From positions 1 to 21,840 of the forward strand of contig JAYZEG010000014.1 in the NCBI GenBank assembly GCA_036337435.1: a stretch of DNA of 21,840 nucleotides, in the 5' to 3' direction. The notes under the pieces were generated by a model. That model did not search any database, was not told where the DNA came from, and saw nothing but the letters and a program-made list of their open reading frames with translations. The translations under genes were made by a program, and so were the position numbers. Shown piece by piece: positions 15,738 to 21,840 of the stretch; position 1 is the stretch's first letter, and every line of letters starts with the position of its first letter. The stretch is from Myxococcota bacterium (GTDB lineage: Bacteria > Myxococcota_A > Bradymonadia > UBA7976 > UBA1532).

Positions 15738-16678
15738 CAGCGTGGGGAATCATCGGCGATGGTAAATGGGGCTTAGGTCTTGCTCGCCGCTTGCATCGCA
15801 ATGGCCATACAGTGAGCGTTGGCGGCTTAGTAAGCCGCCGTAAAGGCATTCCAAAAGGAATTATTCATACTACAGATATCCGCGGTCTGCTGGAAAGTCA
15901 TGAACGTCTGATTATCGCCCTGCCAATCGGTGAAGTTGAAACGCTGCTCCAAAAGTCTGAAGTCAGCTTGGGTCCGCAGCAAAGAGTGATGAGCACAGCT
16001 AGGGGGTTAACGCCGACGACGCACCTTCGGTCGACAGAAGCAATCCGAGCGTTGACCGCGGTGAGACAATTGGCGGTTTTAGCGGGCGCTGCCGATGCGC
16101 GCTCGTTGAGCGACAAATCGCCCGTTGCACTGGTTGTTGGCTCCGCATTCCCGTCCTGGTCTGCCGAGATCCAGAACGCCCTTTGGTCCAATTCACTGCG
16201 AATTTACACCAACCAAGATATCGCCGGTGTTGAATTGTCCAATGTGGCCGCATCTGTGGTCGGGGTTGCGCTCGGTGTGGCGCGTGCGATGAATGTTGGA
16301 CCCGCAGCTGAGGCGACAGCTCTGACCCGGGCTTTGGCAGAAATGAACAGGGTCGTGAGCGGACTTGGAGGCCAAGTCGGGACCGCATACGGTCTCGCTG
16401 GTCTGGGTGTATTAGGCGAAATGGTCTACGGGGGCCAGGGGCCGAGTTTTCTGGCAGGTTCGTCGTTAGCGGCCGGTGGCTACAGGGCAGGCGAATTTGC
16501 CGAAGTGAGAGAGTCATCGAGAACTTTGTCCGCACGGGTTGTTCGCCAGCGAATACATGCGCCACTCGTCGAGGCCGTTGAGGCCATGTTTGCCGGGAAA
16601 TTGACGGCGAAAGCCGCTCTAGCCGGATTGATGGAAAGGCCTGTGGGTTCAGAAACTGAACTCCTTATCAAATCATGA
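15734..16678 (+). CDS. GpsA-like NAD(P)H-dependent glycerol-3-phosphate dehydrogenase homologue, catalytically degenerate
   Basis: GDGKWG Rossmann motif, RIYTNQDIAGVEL, TRALAEM, YGLAGLG and LMERP tail. ATGA overlap with the acyltransferase stop. Catalytic KN and D..SRN motifs are absent. Confidence 0.75.
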   Translation: MTAWGIIGDGKWGLGLARRLHRNGHTVSVGGLVSRRKGIPKGIIHTTDIRGLLESHERLIIALPIGEVETLLQKSEVSLGPQQRVMSTARGLTPTTHLRSTEAIRALTAVRQLAVLAGAADARSLSDKSPVALVVGSAFPSWSAEIQNALWSNSLRIYTNQDIAGVELSNVAASVVGVALGVARAMNVGPAAEATALTRALAEMNRVVSGLGGQVGTAYGLAGLGVLGEMVYGGQGPSFLAGSSLAAGGYRAGEFAEVRESSRTLSARVVRQRIHAPLVEAVEAMFAGKLTAKAALAGLMERPVGSETELLIKS

Positions 16679-16721
16679 CGGGCTGGATACGGATCGAATT
16701 CTTAGTCAGGCGGATTAAACC

Positions 16722-19049
16722 ATGAGTCAGGACTCAAAAACGACGAACAAGTCAACCGCCTTGGTTGAGGTCGATCCCACTGCAAAGACGCGGGTGTATC
16801 GTCCTGCTGCTGGTGGCATGGGTGCGTTGCTTTCCGTCTATCGGGAAACGAAAAATACAACCGGATTAATCGACGCAGCCAAGCTGTTATTGGCGGTCAA
16901 TCAGCCAGATGGGTTTGATTGCCCTGGGTGCGCTTGGCCGGACCCAGATGCCACTCATCGTTCCCGTTTCGAATTTTGTGAAAACGGTGCCAAGGCCGTG
17001 CTGGCTGAAGGCACCAAACGACGGGTAGATGCAGACTTTTTTAGAAAATGGTCCGTGACCGAGTTGCAGAACAAATCGGATTATTGGCTCGAACAGCAAG
17101 GTCGCCTTACTCAGCCGATGGTCATACGGACCGGCGCGACCCATTATGAACCCATTGAGTGGACAGAGGCCTTTAGTTTAATCGCTGACAAACTCAACGC
17201 GCTCGATTCCCCTGATGAGGCGATATTTTACACGTCAGGTCGGACCAGCAATGAAGCTGCATTCTTGTATCAGCTTTTCGTCCGAATGTTTGGTACCAAT
17301 AATCTCCCCGATTGTTCAAACATGTGTCACGAATCGAGCGGTCGCGGACTGTCCGAGACAATTGGCATCGGCAAGGGGACGGTTAGTCTGACCGACCTTG
17401 AGACGTCAAAATGCATATTTGTTATTGGACAAAATCCCGGCACCAATCACCCTCGGATGTTGAGTGCCCTGGAAATTGCTAAAAAAAATGGGGCGACCAT
17501 AATCAGCGTGAATCCGTTGCGAGAGCGTGGGTTGGAACGCTTCGCGCATCCCCAACGCCCCTTGGCACTGCTGGGGAACAGCACAGCGCTATCCGATCAG
17601 TATCTGCAGGTGCGAATCAACGGTGACGTCGCATTTTTAAAAGGGGTCATGAAGCACATGTTGGCTCGAGAAAAATCGGCACCAGGGACCGTTCTGGACC
17701 ACGATTTTATTGAGGAACATACCCACGGATTTGCTGAATTCTGTCACGGGTTGGACCGGGTTGATTGGCCAGAGATTGTCCGACAAAGTGGGCTGGATCG
17801 CAGCCAAATTGAAGCTGCAGCCAATGCCTATATCGATGCACCATCTGCGATTGTGTGCTGGGCGATGGGACTGACCCAGCACAAAAACTCTGTGGCCAAC
17901 GTCCAAGAGGTCGTCAACCTGTTGTTGCTCAAGGGTAATGTCGGAAAACCTGGAGCTGGTGCATGCCCTGTTCGGGGTCACAGCAATGTCCAAGGCGATC
18001 GAACGGTCGGCATTGTGGAAAGACCATCGCAAAAACTTTTGGATGGACTGGCGCAGACATTCACGTTTGAGCCTCCCAGAGCCCATGGTTTTGATGTCGT
18101 TGAGTCGATCCACGCGATGCACGACGGCCGAGCATCCATTTTCTTTGGCATGGGTGGGAATTTTGTCGCGGCTACGCCAGATACTGATTACACCGCCCGT
18201 GCCTTGGAAAACTGTCAGCTGACCGTTCAGGTTTCAACTAAGCTGAATCGTTCGCACTTAGTTCACGGCCAAAATGCCCTTATCCTGCCCTGTCTCGGTC
18301 GCACTGAAGTGGACCTTCAGGCGACCGGCCCACAGTTTGTAAGCTGCGAAAATTCCATGAGCATCGTGACCAAGTCCCAAGGGCGGTTCGAGCCTGCATC
18401 GGCTCACTTGAAGAGTGAACCGGCTATCGTCGCCGAATTAGCATTGGCAACCCTGGCAGGCCGATACGACTTGGCTTGGGATGACCTGGTAGCCGACTAC
18501 GATCGGATTCGAGATCTAATCGAAGCGGTCATTCCGGGATTCGAGAATTATAATGAACGTGTGCGAGAGCCATCGGGTTTCGTTTTACCCAACGGTCCAC
18601 GGTCGAGAGTTTGGAATACAGATGGCCGAAAAGCCTTATTTACAGTTCATGACATGCCGCACATTGAGCTGGCTGAGGACCAGTACTTAATGGGCACCGT
18701 ACGCAGCCACGACCAGTACAACACGACAATTTACGGCCATGATGACCGATATCGCGGCATATACGGGCATCGACGAGTCGTGATGATGTCGCCGATAGAC
18801 ATCGATGCGGCCGGTTTTTTTGAGGGACAACGGGTTGATTTGACCAGTCATTTCCAGGGAGAAGAGCGCATTGCGAAAAATTTCGTGATCATGTCCCAAT
18901 CGTTGCCGAGTCGCTGCGTCATGACCTACTTCCCTGAGGCGAATAAACTCATACCTGCGCGCAGTGTGGCGGAGAAAAGCAACACGCCAACCAGCAAGTC
19001 TGTCGTGATTTCTATGAAACCCGCTCAAACCACCGCAGACCATCGATAG
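16722..19049 (+). CDS. FdhF/YdeP-family molybdopterin oxidoreductase alpha subunit
   Basis: Motifs GFDCPGCAWPD, EFCENGAKA, FYTSGRTSNEAA, NNLPDCSNMCHE, PVRGHSNVQGDRT and RSHDQYNTTIYG. Confidence 0.93.
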   Translation: MSQDSKTTNKSTALVEVDPTAKTRVYRPAAGGMGALLSVYRETKNTTGLIDAAKLLLAVNQPDGFDCPGCAWPDPDATHRSRFEFCENGAKAVLAEGTKRRVDADFFRKWSVTELQNKSDYWLEQQGRLTQPMVIRTGATHYEPIEWTEAFSLIADKLNALDSPDEAIFYTSGRTSNEAAFLYQLFVRMFGTNNLPDCSNMCHESSGRGLSETIGIGKGTVSLTDLETSKCIFVIGQNPGTNHPRMLSALEIAKKNGATIISVNPLRERGLERFAHPQRPLALLGNSTALSDQYLQVRINGDVAFLKGVMKHMLAREKSAPGTVLDHDFIEEHTHGFAEFCHGLDRVDWPEIVRQSGLDRSQIEAAANAYIDAPSAIVCWAMGLTQHKNSVANVQEVVNLLLLKGNVGKPGAGACPVRGHSNVQGDRTVGIVERPSQKLLDGLAQTFTFEPPRAHGFDVVESIHAMHDGRASIFFGMGGNFVAATPDTDYTARALENCQLTVQVSTKLNRSHLVHGQNALILPCLGRTEVDLQATGPQFVSCENSMSIVTKSQGRFEPASAHLKSEPAIVAELALATLAGRYDLAWDDLVADYDRIRDLIEAVIPGFENYNERVREPSGFVLPNGPRSRVWNTDGRKALFTVHDMPHIELAEDQYLMGTVRSHDQYNTTIYGHDDRYRGIYGHRRVVMMSPIDIDAAGFFEGQRVDLTSHFQGEERIAKNFVIMSQSLPSRCVMTYFPEANKLIPARSVAEKSNTPTSKSVVISMKPAQTTADHR

Positions 19050-19221
19050 GTGCTGTGTCCAACATCGATGAGCACCGGCCCTAGGCGTTTTGGAAAGAGG
19101 CAATCGAAGACGCTGTATGAGTCGGCGTTGTCGTCTCGAAAACTCGAACATTGTCCGAATACACAAAACTTTGATATTGGTGCTGTGTATTCTTAAATAA
19201 AAAAACGTCTGGAGTGCTTAA

Positions 19222-20307
19222 ATGAAAAAGTCTGTTTTGTGTTTGGTCCTCGCGTGTTGGGGCTGCTCATCGTCATCGAGCGGCACCGGCGGCGCGGGTG
19301 GGATTGAGGCAGATCGAGGGATTGCCAGTGACATGGGGCAGATGAACGTCGATGCCGGCACCCTGGCCGATGGTGGCGCTGGCGGCACAGGTGGTGGTGG
19401 TGGCGGCGAAGAACCCATCGATGAGCGTTGTCCTGACGCTCAAGCCGGCACCTATCTGCTGGTCGCTTTTCCAGACCGAGTTGATGCCTATCGGCAGCGG
19501 GACTTCGGTGCGGTTTATTTCTGTAAGTTCCTCGACCTTGCTGGCAATGGAATCACTGCAGCGTCTGGTTTGGCCGTCGATAGAAACGGTGAGCGCATCT
19601 TTATCGTTCAGCCAGAAGAGAATCAGGGTTCAGTGTATGAATTTGATGTCAACGGCAGTTTCGTCGGGCGAGTCTCATCAAATGTCAACCTGGATGGTGT
19701 TGAGGGGCTTTGGAACACATTCGGAGACTCATTTGTTGCTTGGAGTCGGACGAGTCAAAACTTATACGAGCTAGATTCTGAAGGTCGATTTCGACAACCC
19801 TTTTCGCCCCCGGTTGCCCGAGGATCACGCGTTGAGGGCGTGACCGATCTCCTCTTCTTGGACCAAGAGTCTGTGTTGATGACTTTCAATAACCGTTCAG
19901 CACAGTTGTACAAGACGCCATTCGCTCCCGAATTTCCCGATGATGAAGTCGGACCAGGTAACGCACTCGCACCCGTTGAGACCGATGAAGGCGTAAAAAT
20001 TTTGATGACAGCTCAAATTGGAGGAGAAGGAAATGCCTACGGCGTTGCGTTTTATGCGGCAGCAGAAAGTGGCCGCGCACCGCCGGAGCGTGAGGGGATC
20101 CTAGTCGATAGTACCAACGGCGATTTCGTTGATGGTATCGACATCATTGCACTGCCTACGGGGTTTCTACTACTGGATAGCAACCTCGCAGGCACAGCGA
20201 AGATTACCTCATACAACGCACAGGGCGAGCAGCAGATCTCTGTCCCCGTGAACGGCGGCGGGAATCCTTACATGTTCACAAAGACGCGTATCTTTCCTGA
20301 CTTTTAG
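19222..20307 (+). CDS. Lipoprotein with Gly-rich linker and beta-strand-rich (propeller-like) domain
   Basis: Signal MKKSVLCLVLACWG-C, Ser/Gly linker (GTGGAGG...GGAGGTGGGGGG), and blade-like segments (GLAVDRNGERIFIV, VYEFDVNG, LYELDSEG, ITSYNAQG). Confidence 0.75.
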   Translation: MKKSVLCLVLACWGCSSSSSGTGGAGGIEADRGIASDMGQMNVDAGTLADGGAGGTGGGGGGEEPIDERCPDAQAGTYLLVAFPDRVDAYRQRDFGAVYFCKFLDLAGNGITAASGLAVDRNGERIFIVQPEENQGSVYEFDVNGSFVGRVSSNVNLDGVEGLWNTFGDSFVAWSRTSQNLYELDSEGRFRQPFSPPVARGSRVEGVTDLLFLDQESVLMTFNNRSAQLYKTPFAPEFPDDEVGPGNALAPVETDEGVKILMTAQIGGEGNAYGVAFYAAAESGRAPPEREGILVDSTNGDFVDGIDIIALPTGFLLLDSNLAGTAKITSYNAQGEQQISVPVNGGGNPYMFTKTRIFPDF

Positions 20308-20339
20308 ACAGGACGGATAGTACGGGTGAGGGGAGTACA

Positions 20340-20921
20340 ATGCTTCATCTGCAGAGTTCGACATCGTCAGCCTGGGTTAAACAAGCCGTTGCCAACATTG
20401 ATACGGTTTTGCTCGATCACGCGCATTGTGAGAAGAAGGCAGCCGCGACGGCCATCAATCTGATCTTTCGGTATCCTCACTACACCGAAATACTGCGGCC
20501 CTTGTCTGAGCTTGCCCGTGAAGAGCTAGAGCATTTTGAGTTGGTTCTAGACCATCTCGATGAAAGGCAAAAACCGTTTCAACGTTTGGCCCCCAGTGCC
20601 TATGCAGGCCAGCTACTCAAACAGATCAGACAAACAGAGCCCCATCGATTGGTGGACATGCTCCTCTGTTGCAGTTTGATAGAGGCGCGCAGTTGCGAGA
20701 GGATGGGACTTTTGGCTCGAGCCCTAGACGGTATTGAACCAAAATTAGCGAAATTATACGCGGGTCTTTTGAAGAGTGAGGCGAGGCACCACATGATTTA
20801 TGTCAAGCTCGCCATCCACTTTGATGAGGAAAAACAGGTGTTCAAACGCTTGCAAGAGCTTGCCGTGATAGAAGCAGACTTACTTTCTGAAGTTTCCTCC
20901 GTACCCAGGATGCATAACTGA
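20340..20921 (+). CDS. miaE: tRNA 2-methylthio-N6-isopentenyladenosine(37) hydroxylase
   Basis: Di-iron motifs LLDHAHCEKKAA, LAREELEHF, IEARSCER and SEARH; ends PRMH. Confidence 0.92.
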   Translation: MLHLQSSTSSAWVKQAVANIDTVLLDHAHCEKKAAATAINLIFRYPHYTEILRPLSELAREELEHFELVLDHLDERQKPFQRLAPSAYAGQLLKQIRQTEPHRLVDMLLCCSLIEARSCERMGLLARALDGIEPKLAKLYAGLLKSEARHHMIYVKLAIHFDEEKQVFKRLQELAVIEADLLSEVSSVPRMHN

Positions 20922-21025
20922 GCATCTTCCTTTATGTACGGTAAATTCGTCCTCTTCGGAATTCCGGGTTATAGTCCGGTCAGGCGGATGAATCTACGCC
21001 GCCAACTGGAGTTTTTGGAGGCCTC

Positions 21026-21840
21026 ATGTCTAGGAAATCATTAGAAAAAGCAGACGTTTTTTCCTTGCCACTCTTGCCGCTGACAGACAGCGTAGTCTAC
21101 CCCAGTCGGGTGATCACCATTCATGTTTCCGGTGCTGAAAACTTGGCATTACTCCAGAACTATGACGGCATTGACGAGACCATTGCGGTTGGTTTTTGTG
21201 AACCTGGAACTAAGGACGACATTCGTCCTGTCTACATTTCGAATGTCGCCGTAACGGCCCGCATCATCGACCGGATTAAGATGCCGGGAGAGGGGTTTCG
21301 TGTCACACTCCAGGGACTAAAGCGGGTTGAACTTCTCGAGGTCGACTCGGAGCGGCCCTTTTTTACCGCGCGTTTCACTGACATTGAGGAAAGGACCAGA
21401 GATCCTTTCCGGGTCAACGTGTACGTTCAAAAGGCCATCAATCTGTATGAACGGCTCGCCGGTCTAAATCCTAATTTTACCAAGGAATTCACCCAGCTTC
21501 TCAAAGTCAATGTTGATAATCCTGGCCGCTTTGCGGACCTCTTATGCGCAACCGTTGACTTTGAATACTCAGAGCGACATCGAATTATTCAGGCTGTGTC
21601 TGTAGACCAACGCTTGCAACGGGTTCTGGAACTTTTGCGGGGTGCTTTAGACCGAGTGAAAGTTGCCCAGGAGGTAGAGAAGCGGGCCAAAGGCGACATA
21701 GAAGAATCGAGGCGTGAGTACTACCTCCGGCAGCAGATGAAAACCATCCAGAAGGAACTGGGTGACGAAGACCTCAGTCGACGAGACGCTGATGATTATG
21801 AGGGAAAACTGGAAGCCTTAGATCTGCCTGACGACATCAA
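21026..21840 (+). CDS. lon: ATP-dependent Lon protease, N-terminal part (runs off the right edge)
   Basis: Manual translation from ATG 21026 (GGAGG upstream): MSRKSLEKADVFSLPLLPLTDSVVYP...LQGLKRV...PGRFADL...REYYLRQQMKTIQKELGD, which are Lon N-domain and coiled-coil signatures. Confidence 0.88.
   Translation, partial: MSRKSLEKADVFSLPLLPLTDSVVYPSRVITIHVSGAENLALLQNYDGIDETIAVGFCEPGTKDDIRPVYISNVAVTARIIDRIKMPGEGFRVTLQGLKRVELLEVDSERPFFTARFTDIEERTRDPFRVNVYVQKAINLYERLAGLNPNFTKEFTQLLKVNVDNPGRFADLLCATVDFEYSERHRIIQAVSVDQRLQRVLELLRGALDRVKVAQEVEKRAKGDIEESRREYYLRQQMKTIQKELGDEDLSRRDADDYEGKLEALDLPDDI

Noticed and set aside
15734..16678. Calling the GpsA homologue a pseudogene
   Set aside because: No frameshift or internal stop, full length and translationally coupled, so it is better treated as a possible pseudoenzyme.
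21026..21840. Lon as the protease for the Pup-like tag
   Set aside because: It lies about 17 kb away among unrelated genes, and nothing in the sequence links them.

Overview
Bacterial chromosomal window of moderate GC with no rRNA, tRNA, CRISPR or mobile element visible. Gene content and Gly/Ala-linker lipoproteins suggest Myxococcota/deltaproteobacteria (inference). The most notable feature is a tight minus-strand four-gene operon at 1588-4329. It starts with a 53-aa Pup-like peptide ending in GGE (4168-4329, missing from the ORF track). Next is a divergent PafA/Dop-family ligase with a long hydrophobic insert inside the catalytic domain, then a translationally coupled YhhN lysoplasmalogenase-family protein and a 76-aa helical protein. 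No proteasome, ARC/Mpa or Dop gene lies in the window, so this looks like a membrane-associated, possibly proteasome-independent tagging module. The rest of the window encodes an atypical SDR, a HEXXH protein with a DUF2063/HvfC-like C-terminus, an ECHDC1-like crotonase, an ALDH3-type dehydrogenase, and boxCB with divergent boxR and two operator palindromes (no boxA or benzoate-CoA ligase). It also encodes an orphan Dam-family methylase, a PlsB-like acyltransferase coupled to a catalytically degenerate GpsA, a YdeP/FdhF oxidoreductase, a lipoprotein, miaE and the 5' part of lon. All family calls come from motif recognition by eye, not database searches.
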